Source of the DNA: a virus
Reading direction: 5' to 3' (one strand)
IMG/VR virus record: IMGVR_UViG_3300033066_000905
Span: 662 to 64,661 of that record
Length of the DNA stretch: 64,000 nucleotides
The notes under the pieces are model-generated. The model was not told the origin of the DNA. It did no database searches and saw nothing but the letters and a program-made list of their open reading frames with translations. The translations under genes and the position numbers were made by a program. Below are positions 43,511 through 53,125 of this stretch, piece after piece. Within the stretch, counting starts at the first letter, position 1; every line of letters starts with the position of its first letter.

Positions 43511-46500
43511 TCAAGATTTGGTCGTGTCGGGTGCCAAAATGTTCGACCAAGGCTTTTCGTACACACCAATCTCTTTGTTGTACAGTAGCGCTGCGCCGCT
43601 GGTATTGGCGTTGACAACCGTGGCCGTGAACGAAGTTCCCGACAAAACCTTGTTGATGGTGTACGTTCCGTCCGTTGCTGTTCCGCTGGTAAAGTCAATG
43701 TAAACCGACTGACCTTCTTTGAGATTGTGTTCGTACGTTGTCGTAAACGTTGCGACGTTGCTGACCAACGAGTAAGTTGCCGCCTGTGTTGGCATTGTCA
43801 AGATGGGACTACTTGTCAGAGTGTCATAGATTTTTGTGTTTACCCGCCCAAAAATGCTTTGGTAATGATTCATGGCCGACGTTTCTGTTGCCGCTGAACG
43901 TTGGAACCAAACACTGTCAAATACCCACGGTCCACGTTCCAACTCTCCGGTGGTTGATCCAAAATACGCTTTTCTTGTTGATGACGGCATGAGCATTTCG
44001 TCCGTATCAATTGTTGCAACAATGTGTGACCAGCCGTCCGTTGGCAATTCTGTGTACGTTCCACTTCCGTAAGACGCGGCCGTTCCGTTAATGTAAAGGC
44101 TGGTAAATCCAGAGAACATGAGTCCGTACGCCGTGTTAAAGTAAATAGAATATCTTGTTGATCCTAAATAAGCGTCGAACAGTGTGTACGCGTTTCCGGA
44201 AGTGTACGTGTCTCCTGGTCGAACAATCATGCCGACAGTTTTAAAAGAGTGCGGCAGAGAGAAGATGGGCCATGGCATTGTTGTTAAGTCAATTGTTGAC
44301 GATCCTTCATTGAGAACCACCGTGTCCACCGTCACCAACTGGTCTTCGGTTGACGTGATTGCCAGGTTGACTCGTGCCGACACCGCCGACGCTGGCGACG
44401 TTCCCGTCACATAAATCTTTGTTACGGTTTCGTCAATGGCAATTGATGCTGATGTTGCCGAAGAACCGGCGGAAGTTCCGGCGACGTTTAGCCAATCAAT
44501 GCTGGCGACGGCGGTCGCTGAGTAAGCCCCAGAAGCCTTCACATAAAAACAGAGTGTGTAACTGGTGGAAGGAGCCACAGGATATTTTATTGACGGGTCT
44601 GTGGACAGTGTGGCCGTGCTGACAACAGGTATTTGTAGTGCCACCCCCGAACTCAGACCAGGATCAACAACAATGCGCTCCGAACCATTGCACGTCCAAC
44701 CTTCGTATCCATTGAATGACCAGTTACTAATAAGATTATCTTTTGATACGTCCGGCCCGTAGTACAGTGCTCCCGCCTCCGACAAACGAATACCGTTATT
44801 GTTTGAAGCGTAAGTCAAAGCCTTGTTGTCCTGAGTGAACGTGTACCCTCCGGAAGTTTTGATTTGTTCGCCGGTTTTAATTTCTTGGATGACTCCAACG
44901 CTGTCGTACTGCACATTAAACTTATTCAAGAGCGGAACGTCGTCTTCGGAGTCGTTGGTAGCAAAATCTATTTTGATGGTATTTGTTGACGGAACGTTCC
45001 CGCCATTATAGAACCAGGACGGCGTGTACCCTGAATAAGGAATGGTTTCGTACTCGCTTGTTCTATTAGACGGGGCCGAAAACTTTTGATTTGCGCCCTT
45101 AATGACACCAACATTGTCAACATAATGAATTTCGCTGGCCCCGGCGGTGGACTGAATTTGTACCAATATTGTTGAAGTCACCGCTCCCGCTGGTGCGACA
45201 ACATTGAATCGCGATTCTGTCCATTCTGTTGTACTTGTTGTTGTTGAAGAAGAAACAGCACCAAGCGACGTGCCAGCGTCATCGTAAAAATAAATTTGTG
45301 CGTTGAATGTTCGTGACACCGACGCCGATTTGACCATTGCGGTGACAGTGTACTCAGCAAACGGCTCAACGAGATGTTTGTACGCAAGGCTGCTCCACAC
45401 GCTCATTGACCCGGCCGCATTGGAAGACATTTGCATTGCGTAAGTTCCACTGTACACGTTTGTTGTTGTCACCGTTGCCGTGCAATTTTGATTTGAATTG
45501 TATCCAGCAACAGAATTTCCCTCAAACGTTGACTGATCCTCACGCAGAATGTTTTCTCCGACAGACGTTGTTGGCAGTGCCCATTGAGTGCTTGTTCCTG
45601 GCCACAACCCAACACAATCAATGTACGTTATTGCGTCCGTCGCTCCACTGTACCTGCCGACAATTACCCTTGCCATTTTTGCGTCTGCGGGGGTAGTTAA
45701 AGTGTGCGTTGCTTGAATCCAACCGTTGCTACTAATACTAAACGACGTGTACCCGCCGTCGTCAGAAGCCCACGTCGTGCCGTTCCACAACTCAAACCCA
45801 ACAAATCCTAATTCACCAGACGATTTACTTGACCTTAACATTGCTGAGGCGGTGTAAGTTTGCCCCCCGACAATTTGCGACCAGGCATTTCCATAGGCGT
45901 AACCAATACCGGCGCCGTTGGATGTGAGTTTGTAGCATTTTCTTCCAATTACAGAGTACGTCGTGTCCGTAGCAAAGGCGCTGGCCGCTCCGTACAGGGA
46001 CCATCCGGAGTTGTCCATTTCTCCGTTTGCCGCGTAAGGATGAACAATATTTTTTACCACGCTAGACTTTACCGAAATGTTAGACATTTCTGGTGACCAT
46101 GTGATTCTTGCGTCACCAACCGAAAGGTTTGGCAGTCCGCTGGAGTTTGTCTGTGACGAACTAACGTCCACCGTGGCGTATCCCTGCTGGGAAATGCCGT
46201 AGTTGTTTGTTGTCGAAAGCGGTGCCTTGGCCTCTTCCTTGACTGAATCTGAGTTCATGAATGTTAATTCGTTGGCTGCTGACAGAGTGGAAACAAGTTT
46301 GAGGTTTGTTACAGTAACAAAACCTGGCAACTTTCCGTCAATGTTTCCTCCGACGTACAACAAAATGTCACTGTATCCAGAAATTGCCGGATCGGTAATT
46401 GAAACCGTGGCGTTGGTTCCTTGCGCAACGTTGTACACCATCAAAATAATTTGATTACCGGAACGTTTGAGCATGATGTTAAACGGTGTCGTCGGAAAAC

Positions 46501-49500
46501 TTGTTCCGTACGAAGTGTAATCAATCAATTCAAGACGCTCGTCACCGTTGCCTTCTTGATACCCAAGAGCCAGGTAGGTTTTTATTGTTCCGCCAACGTC
46601 TTTAAGGATGCGGTACACATTAAATTGAGCGGACTTGTCTTTGGTGACGACCTGATACACGCAGAACTTTTGCCCGTCGTAAGCGTCGGAGTCTTGGGTG
46701 TATTGATCAAACCTAAATGTGGCGGTAACGGCAAAATCTTTTGACATGATTAGGCTGGCGTCAGGAACCAGTAATGATGCGGACTTGAGAGACGCCCCGT
46801 TTGTTCCAAAGGTCACCAGGGAAGAATCGCTTGGCTCAACGGAAGACATTTTACGAATGCCCAACGTTTTGTTGTCCGACGCGATAAAAACATTGTTTGC
46901 TGTCCACCCGCGCCACGAGTTGACGGCCGGGGACTCAATGGAATCAACGTCGGTGTTGTTTGATCTGTTAATGTCAAAGAACTGTACGTCGCCCTCACTG
47001 TAAATACCAACGTCGGCCTTGTCAGTGGCCCGCGAATCATTGTGCGCCAGGATTTCCGAAATGTTTACCGACGAATTGTACAATGCCACGTTTGACACGA
47101 ATGCGTTGCCAGTGATTGCGCGTGTGCGATACCCGTTAATTGTTGCAAAAATGTCAGGAATGGTAATTTTTTCTCTGTTAAGAATTTTTCCGTTGCCATA
47201 AATTTCAATGTACTCTCCGTCAAACTTGACAACCACATGGGTTGAATCAACACTGTCAATGAGGGCGCTAACTTTTTCATCAACCACCCGCCCCTGCTTG
47301 TCGGTTCCGTACAGGCGAACGTACACACTGCCGTCTTCGTAATACACCCCGCTATTTTGTACCTGATTGAGCCTGACTCCTGACGCTACTGATCCTGTTG
47401 TTGCGGCACTAATGTTAATAATTGCATTTGATGCGGTTCCCGCAACAGAAAATGTTCCCCCAGCAATTGTCTGAGTAATAGTAAAATCGTCACCATTGAC
47501 GGAAGCAACGGTTCCCTGAACGTTGTACGCAGTTGGAGTAATTCCAGAAATTTGTACGACAGAATTGGCAACAAAATCGTGGCCGGGTGCCGTGTACGTG
47601 ATTGTTCCGCCAGCGTACGTGGCATTTGTCACAGCAACAGACTGTTTGTAAACTGAAGTTACGTACGTCCCCGCAGCAAATCTATTAACGTCCCCAGACG
47701 CTCCACCGGATAACACTTGTCCTGGGAAAAACGCATCTCCTGAAAAAGCAGAAATGTAGTCACGAGACGACGGTGCCGACGTGTATCCCAGCATGGAATA
47801 GTGTACTTCATCGCAATAAGTCTCAAGCAGCGCAATCTTTGAACGGTACGTTTCTGGACGCACCAGACACTCAAAAATAAACGGTTTTTTGTCAGAATAC
47901 CCGGTCCATGTTTTTACTGGGAACAAAGACTTCTCTTGTGGCGAGTATGTTGTAGCACTTGGTAGTGACCATGATCCAACAACACCTTTAAATATCCCAA
48001 AACAGTCAAACCATAACTTTTGGCCAGCAGCAGTCGGGTGGCCACCAAACAGGGCGGAAGAACTAATGGCAATGTTTGTTGTAGTAACTCCAGGTGGCAC
48101 AGTAAAAGTTTTTCTGTATTCTACCCAACTGTCTTTTACCGCTTGCACGCGATAAGAGTCATCACTTAAAGATGCAACAGAAAGAAATACACCCATCCCT
48201 CCCGGCTTGTCAGTTTTAAACTTACCAACAATTGTGTAAGTTTCTCCTGGTGTGACTGACTGTGTAACAATTGTGCTTGATATGGTTCCCGCAGCAGAAC
48301 TTGTCAGTAGCACCGATTTTGTTCCATGAGCAGCGTACGTGGCGTCTTGGGCTACCGTACAATTTGATCCGGAGGCCGACACCGACGTTTCAAACGATGC
48401 GTTGTTGTCAGTCAAAAGATTTGTCGGGTAAGTGTCGGTGTATTTGATTACCGATCCCTGAGTCAACTGTACAGAATTGTACTCTTCCAAGGCTTGAGGG
48501 TACTTTGTGTATCCGGCCAACATTTTTGCGTCGTTGTTGTAAATTGTTTCGTCATCACCGACGCTTGTTGTTGAAGTAGACAAATGTGCGGTTCCGGTCC
48601 ATGCACAGTTGGCAAACGTTCCGTCAAAGTACTCGTTAACCGAAGCAGAATGTTCAATTAATACATCACAAAAATCAACAATGTCTCCGTTGGACATGTT
48701 TGTTGAATCTAAGAACAAAACTACTCTGCAATAATATGTATTTGCTGGGGCAACGGCAGATATTCCTGACCTTGACCATTTTTCTTTTGCCATTTTTGAA
48801 GTTGATCCACTAAGCGTACTAATCAACTCTCCGTTAATGTTGTACCAATAGATAAGCGTTGAAAATAAATTGCCAGTCTTATAAGTCCTAGCATAGTAAG
48901 ACATACTGATTTTATTACCGGGTCTAATTGGATACATGGATGTTGTTGATGCAGGATTAGTAATGTACGGTGCAGTGTAATCAGTAATTGTTGCCTTCCA
49001 GTACGCTCCAGTTCTGCCTCCGGAAGTTTTTATTTCTGCTGTCATGCGTGCCAAACTCCAGTTTGGACTTGCTGCTCCGGACAATTGAGGGTTTGGCGCA
49101 AGATTTGTGCGTGACACCCCAAACACTGAAATTCCCGACGCGTCGGTTACCCAAGCACAGTCAACTGAATCACCGTCAAAATATTCTCCTTCTTTTGCCG
49201 TTTGTTCAAGGAGCACAGCGTCAAGATAAATGGTTTCGCCGTTTGCCATTGTTACTGTCACCACCGGCCGAACCGTGGCAGCGTCCGGTGGAGCGGTGGC
49301 CCTAAAATACGGAGCGCTCCATGCGGTGCTACTAAGCGATTGATTAACGGAAAGGTTTGTCAGTGTGGTGCCTGCGGTCGTCGTCCAAATGAACCCCACT
49401 TTAAAAGTAGAGTTTCCTGCCACTACGGAAGTAATTCCTCGCAATTTGATAAAGTACGGCTTTCCTGGCACGGCCGGTTGTTCAGCAAGTGTGCTGGCGT

Positions 49501-50263
49501 TACCAGAAATGACGACGGAGTTTGATCCGGCGTTGGACAAAATCTGCATGGAAGTGTTTCCGACAAAAGCGAACGGACTACCAATTGACGCTGAACCGGG
49601 AATCCATGTTCCGTAAGAACCCGCCCAAAAACCAAACTGATCAAAATAGAAAATATCGTTTGCTACTACCGTTCCCGATCCAATGTACACTGTTGCGTGT
49701 GTGGCGTTTGCTGGTGCCGTGACAACGGCTCGCAAAGTGACGTATCCTGCGGACGTTGCTGTCACGGTGGTTCCGTCGTTGTCTCCCAAACTTGCGGCAC
49801 CATTATAGAATCTAATACCAATGTGCATGTCTCCACTATTTCCACCGGCTTTTACGGATGCTGTTGCCGTGTATACTTGTCCCACAGTAACGGGAATTCC
49901 GGATGTGCCCAGTGGAGTAAAGAACGCAAAACTTGTGCTTGTTGCTGTTACTGCAAGATTGTACGACCCGCTTAGTGGACCTGTCGCTGAAGTTGCCAAA
50001 GTACATTGAAATGGGTTATTGAATCCAGTCGTATTGTTTGCCTCTAGGTTTGCTTGGTTGGCCGTTAAAAGGTTTTGGACGCCAGTGTTTTTTGACAGTG
50101 TGACGTTTCCTGACGTTGCCGTCCAATATTTACTGATTGCCGCGTTTGAAGAAAATGCCGGATCGGGACAAAGGTTGGTGCGACCCACTTTTCCTGGCGC
50201 CGCGTCTTGAAATGACCAGTACGCTGATGGGTTGTCGGCTATTACTTCATTATGGTAGGACAT
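43511..50263 (-). CDS. Very large virion structural protein (LamG/ConA-like plus multiple CBM-like repeats)
   Basis: MSYHNEVIADNPSAYW LamG-type start; repeated NLL...FE...GxTYT...YFD modules. ATG 50263 preferred (track start 50368). Confidence 0.8.
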   Translation of the reverse strand: MSYHNEVIADNPSAYWSFQDAAPGKVGRTNLCPDPAFSSNAAISKYWTATSGNVTLSKNTGVQNLLTANQANLEANNTTGFNNPFQCTLATSATGPLSGSYNLAVTATSTSFAFFTPLGTSGIPVTVGQVYTATASVKAGGNSGDMHIGIRFYNGAASLGDNDGTTVTATSAGYVTLRAVVTAPANATHATVYIGSGTVVANDIFYFDQFGFWAGSYGTWIPGSASIGSPFAFVGNTSMQILSNAGSNSVVISGNASTLAEQPAVPGKPYFIKLRGITSVVAGNSTFKVGFIWTTTAGTTLTNLSVNQSLSSTAWSAPYFRATAPPDAATVRPVVTVTMANGETIYLDAVLLEQTAKEGEYFDGDSVDCAWVTDASGISVFGVSRTNLAPNPQLSGAASPNWSLARMTAEIKTSGGRTGAYWKATITDYTAPYITNPASTTSMYPIRPGNKISMSYYARTYKTGNLFSTLIYWYNINGELISTLSGSTSKMAKEKWSRSGISAVAPANTYYCRVVLFLDSTNMSNGDIVDFCDVLIEHSASVNEYFDGTFANCAWTGTAHLSTSTTSVGDDETIYNNDAKMLAGYTKYPQALEEYNSVQLTQGSVIKYTDTYPTNLLTDNNASFETSVSASGSNCTVAQDATYAAHGTKSVLLTSSAAGTISSTIVTQSVTPGETYTIVGKFKTDKPGGMGVFLSVASLSDDSYRVQAVKDSWVEYRKTFTVPPGVTTTNIAISSSALFGGHPTAAGQKLWFDCFGIFKGVVGSWSLPSATTYSPQEKSLFPVKTWTGYSDKKPFIFECLVRPETYRSKIALLETYCDEVHYSMLGYTSAPSSRDYISAFSGDAFFPGQVLSGGASGDVNRFAAGTYVTSVYKQSVAVTNATYAGGTITYTAPGHDFVANSVVQISGITPTAYNVQGTVASVNGDDFTITQTIAGGTFSVAGTASNAIINISAATTGSVASGVRLNQVQNSGVYYEDGSVYVRLYGTDKQGRVVDEKVSALIDSVDSTHVVVKFDGEYIEIYGNGKILNREKITIPDIFATINGYRTRAITGNAFVSNVALYNSSVNISEILAHNDSRATDKADVGIYSEGDVQFFDINRSNNTDVDSIESPAVNSWRGWTANNVFIASDNKTLGIRKMSSVEPSDSSLVTFGTNGASLKSASLLVPDASLIMSKDFAVTATFRFDQYTQDSDAYDGQKFCVYQVVTKDKSAQFNVYRILKDVGGTIKTYLALGYQEGNGDERLELIDYTSYGTSFPTTPFNIMLKRSGNQIILMVYNVAQGTNATVSITDPAISGYSDILLYVGGNIDGKLPGFVTVTNLKLVSTLSAANELTFMNSDSVKEEAKAPLSTTNNYGISQQGYATVDVSSSQTNSSGLPNLSVGDARITWSPEMSNISVKSSVVKNIVHPYAANGEMDNSGWSLYGAASAFATDTTYSVIGRKCYKLTSNGAGIGYAYGNAWSQIVGGQTYTASAMLRSSKSSGELGFVGFELWNGTTWASDDGGYTSFSISSNGWIQATHTLTTPADAKMARVIVGRYSGATDAITYIDCVGLWPGTSTQWALPTTSVGENILREDQSTFEGNSVAGYNSNQNCTATVTTTNVYSGTYAMQMSSNAAGSMSVWSSLAYKHLVEPFAEYTVTAMVKSASVSRTFNAQIYFYDDAGTSLGAVSSSTTTSTTEWTESRFNVVAPAGAVTSTILVQIQSTAGASEIHYVDNVGVIKGANQKFSAPSNRTSEYETIPYSGYTPSWFYNGGNVPSTNTIKIDFATNDSEDDVPLLNKFNVQYDSVGVIQEIKTGEQIKTSGGYTFTQDNKALTYASNNNGIRLSEAGALYYGPDVSKDNLISNWSFNGYEGWTCNGSERIVVDPGLSSGVALQIPVVSTATLSTDPSIKYPVAPSTSYTLCFYVKASGAYSATAVASIDWLNVAGTSAGSSATSASIAIDETVTKIYVTGTSPASAVSARVNLAITSTEDQLVTVDTVVLNEGSSTIDLTTMPWPIFSLPHSFKTVGMIVRPGDTYTSGNAYTLFDAYLGSTRYSIYFNTAYGLMFSGFTSLYINGTAASYGSGTYTELPTDGWSHIVATIDTDEMLMPSSTRKAYFGSTTGELERGPWVFDSVWFQRSAATETSAMNHYQSIFGRVNTKIYDTLTSSPILTMPTQAATYSLVSNVATFTTTYEHNLKEGQSVYIDFTSGTATDGTYTINKVLSGTSFTATVVNANTSGAALLYNKEIGVYEKPWSNILAPDTTKS

Positions 50264-50290
50264 ATCTTTTATTTTATCTCTTCCCGGCCG

Positions 50291-50376
50291 AAAATGCAAC
50301 GAACCCCGCCTTGTGGGCGGGGCCGTTGATGGTGGTAACCATAACCACACTAAGGCGCAGTTCTGCACGCGGTGGC
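50291..50376 (-). ncRNA. Candidate ~85-nt small RNA ending in an intrinsic terminator
   Basis: TGATATAAT at 50383-50391, small hairpins, and terminator stem 50297-50328 followed by TTTT. Confidence 0.35.
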
Positions 50377-50388
50377 AACATAATTATA

Positions 50389-50895
50389 TCATACTTTCCA
50401 GTACAGACGTTCTGTTTTATAAATGGTGTCGGTGTAAAAAGTTTCCCATCTGCATTTTCCAATAATGTCAACAATATCTCCATGTTTAAAGGAAATGTCT
50501 GGCACTCCAATGTCGTTCCATGCAATTTGTTTTGTCTTTCTTGACATTGGAGTAAACAGAACCAATACAAGTTTGTCCGTAGAAGAAACGGCGTTGTTTA
50601 AAATTGATTCCCAGTCAGAGTTGTGTTCAATGACGTGTCGCAGCAAAATGCCTTCCGCGTTACTGGTGTACTCTGTGAGGTCCGCAATTACGTCAGTGTA
50701 CGGGGTATTTGACCCATCAACACCAAGATACCCGCCGGAATGAATTGTGCGAAAGAATCCTTTTCCACAACCCCAGTCTTCAACACTTAAACCTTTAAGA
50801 TGTTTTTCCGCTTCGTAATACGTTGTCGCTTCTCCATATGGTTCAGGGAGAGTGACGCCGCCGTACCATCCGTCCCACTTTCCAACGTTGCTCAC
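50389..50895 (-). CDS. Class I SAM-dependent methyltransferase
   Basis: VEDWGCGKG motif I, LGVD, RHVIEH. Confidence 0.8.
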   Translation of the reverse strand: MSNVGKWDGWYGGVTLPEPYGEATTYYEAEKHLKGLSVEDWGCGKGFFRTIHSGGYLGVDGSNTPYTDVIADLTEYTSNAEGILLRHVIEHNSDWESILNNAVSSTDKLVLVLFTPMSRKTKQIAWNDIGVPDISFKHGDIVDIIGKCRWETFYTDTIYKTERLYWKV

Positions 50896-51008
50896 TTTTT
50901 ATTCTTTCTTTTGCGCTTCTTTTTTGTTTTGAGAGGCGGGTCGTTGGTAAACTTGTTTCCCTGTTCAGGATATTTGCCTGTGACAGTCTCCGTTGTAATT
51001 ATTCCCAT
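50892..51008 (-). CDS. 38-aa peptide with poly-Lys/Arg C-terminus
   Basis: MGIITTETVTGKYPEQGNKFTNDPPLKTKKKRKRKNKK; TGGTACAAT-6nt-ATG; GTGA overlap with the methyltransferase. Confidence 0.6.
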   Translation of the reverse strand: MGIITTETVTGKYPEQGNKFTNDPPLKTKKKRKRKNKK

Positions 51009-51023
51009 GAAACAATTGTACCA

Positions 51024-53021
51024 TTAAATGAGACACGTGTCGGTGGTGCAGTATTTTTCGCCCACAGCCTCAAGATTGTCAACGCCGTCGTAAATGGCGT
51101 CAAAGTCAATCTTCATCAACTGCATCGTGTACTCGTCGTACTCCTCCTTAGTAATCTCAGAATATGGCATCTGTGGAAAAACGTCCTTTGTCATGGGCAA
51201 GAAGGAAACGGTCTTTAGTTCACCCTCGTACATTTTTAGCACCCGAGCAATGTCACCGGCCTCATTGTCCTTGTCAAATGTCACCGTCACGGACACAGAA
51301 TTGTCGGACCAAATCCGTTGGGCTTCGGAAGCCAAATGAATCTTCTCGTAAATTGACACGTCTTTCTCACTCCGCGCCATGTCCGTCTTGATTGGGAAGT
51401 AGACAACATAAGTGTTGTCAGAAACAACGTCTTTTTCAATCCGGTAGTTAGCGTGACGGAACAAATCCAGCATTGCGTCAGTGGAAGAGAATCGAATCGC
51501 TCGCAGGTAGTACTCTCCACCAGCGGGCCAGTGTACCCCTGGCGTGGAACCGCTCAGAAGGCTCACAGAGCCACTGGGCTTTACGGTGGTGGTACGAATG
51601 GACTCACGAATTCCTAGCCACTCAGAGTACTTCTTATCGTACCGCTGAATTTCATCGTAGCCTGAGTCTGCCCACTTGCGGAACTCTGGCAAACCGTGCT
51701 TATCAACAAAACCGGCGATTCCTGTCATTGATGTTCCAATGCGACGGTTACGCTGAATGACAGCGTTTGTCTGCGGCCAATGAGTCGGCAGCAGAGTAAT
51801 TGACTTGGCGTACAGATAAGCAAACTTGAGTGTTCGCATGTAGTCGGCAAGGTCTTCGTGCTTGGCAAGGTGAATCTCTACAAGATTACACAATTCGTAC
51901 GACTCAAGAGAAATCTCAGCACAAGGGTTCGTGCCCAGTGCCCGCCAATCTTTATTGTCCGGTGCGTCGCCCAGGCGTCCGTACTTCTGCATTGTGTCAA
52001 GCCACAGGAATCCCGGCTCGCCATTGTCAGTGATACGCTTTGCCGCGTCCTCGTAATCGTAACCTTCACTATCAACGACCACGGTGTTGTTACTCATCCA
52101 GCCGTATTCCGCGCGCTCAGGATTCTTGTCGTAATTTTTGAGTTCAATGAATTCTTCATCGTTTTGATTACCCAAAGCGATTGTTGCTGACCGGCGAACG
52201 TTACCGGCAACAACACATGTTCCGATAAGGTTTACAATGTCAACAATCATGCGTGAGTCAAGCGTTTCTCCAATACGGGACTCAAAAATTTCTGTGATTT
52301 GACGGTGGACCTTTTGTAGTGGTCCTGGGCCACTGGCGGTACCGCCAAACCCCTTGATTGGTTCTCCGTACGGACGAATCTCAGAATAATCAAACTCAAG
52401 GGAGTGATTGTGACGAAGGAAAGAGTTAATGAGCAGACGAATGGACTCTACCCAGCCTTCGCGAGTGTCGGGAATGGTGTACACCGTATCGGCGGGTGTG
52501 CGCTCACTCACAACAATGTTCTTTGACGCTCCGCGAGTGTCAAAGCCTACTCCGACTCCAAGCATGAGTGCGTCCATGACCCAACCAAACACCGCGCCTG
52601 GATCGTGGCGCTCAATGTCTCCGGTGCTCACAAACGAGCAGTTGTACAGTCCGGCGACAACTCCACGATCATGAATCAATTCGGTTCCGGTAACCCACAG
52701 TCCACGTCCCGGTGGTGTCCACTTCAAATTGAACATTCGGTCGTACGCTTCTTTTGCGGAAGCCTGCGCTTTGTTGGCGTTCCAGGGCAGGCGATTCTTT
52801 GCGGCCCAGTCTTTTTGAATGGAATACATGCCTTCAATGACACGTCGGCACACTTCGTACCATTTTTCCTTTGTTCCGTCCTCCTTTACGCGCGAGTACG
52901 TGCGAATGAACGTAATTTCGCCAATGCTGTTTCCACCAGCGTCGCGGAAGCCAAAAGGGGCCTCTTTTTCAATGTAGGGGGCGATAAAGTCGTCTAGTAG
53001 ACGGAACGAAAGGTTGGTCAT
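51024..53021 (-). CDS. nrdJ: Class II (adenosylcobalamin-dependent) ribonucleotide reductase
   Basis: RTYSR, PPGRGLW, NC, GNVRRSA, TNPCAEI, TTVKPSG and C-terminal CTTDTC motifs. Confidence 0.93.
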   Translation of the reverse strand: MTNLSFRLLDDFIAPYIEKEAPFGFRDAGGNSIGEITFIRTYSRVKEDGTKEKWYEVCRRVIEGMYSIQKDWAAKNRLPWNANKAQASAKEAYDRMFNLKWTPPGRGLWVTGTELIHDRGVVAGLYNCSFVSTGDIERHDPGAVFGWVMDALMLGVGVGFDTRGASKNIVVSERTPADTVYTIPDTREGWVESIRLLINSFLRHNHSLEFDYSEIRPYGEPIKGFGGTASGPGPLQKVHRQITEIFESRIGETLDSRMIVDIVNLIGTCVVAGNVRRSATIALGNQNDEEFIELKNYDKNPERAEYGWMSNNTVVVDSEGYDYEDAAKRITDNGEPGFLWLDTMQKYGRLGDAPDNKDWRALGTNPCAEISLESYELCNLVEIHLAKHEDLADYMRTLKFAYLYAKSITLLPTHWPQTNAVIQRNRRIGTSMTGIAGFVDKHGLPEFRKWADSGYDEIQRYDKKYSEWLGIRESIRTTTVKPSGSVSLLSGSTPGVHWPAGGEYYLRAIRFSSTDAMLDLFRHANYRIEKDVVSDNTYVVYFPIKTDMARSEKDVSIYEKIHLASEAQRIWSDNSVSVTVTFDKDNEAGDIARVLKMYEGELKTVSFLPMTKDVFPQMPYSEITKEEYDEYTMQLMKIDFDAIYDGVDNLEAVGEKYCTTDTCLI

Positions 53022-53125
53022 GTATTCTCCTGAGTAGTAGTACTTTGAATTTGAAAAAGTTCTACGTATATTGTACCATGCCCGCTAACGGTACTCTACA
53101 ATTTTCAAAGTTTACTAAACCTTTA

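Noticed and set aside
51024-53021. Intein or intron in nrdJ, helicase or other core genes
   Set aside because: Lengths are normal, the frames are uninterrupted, and no intein C/S...HN motifs were seen.
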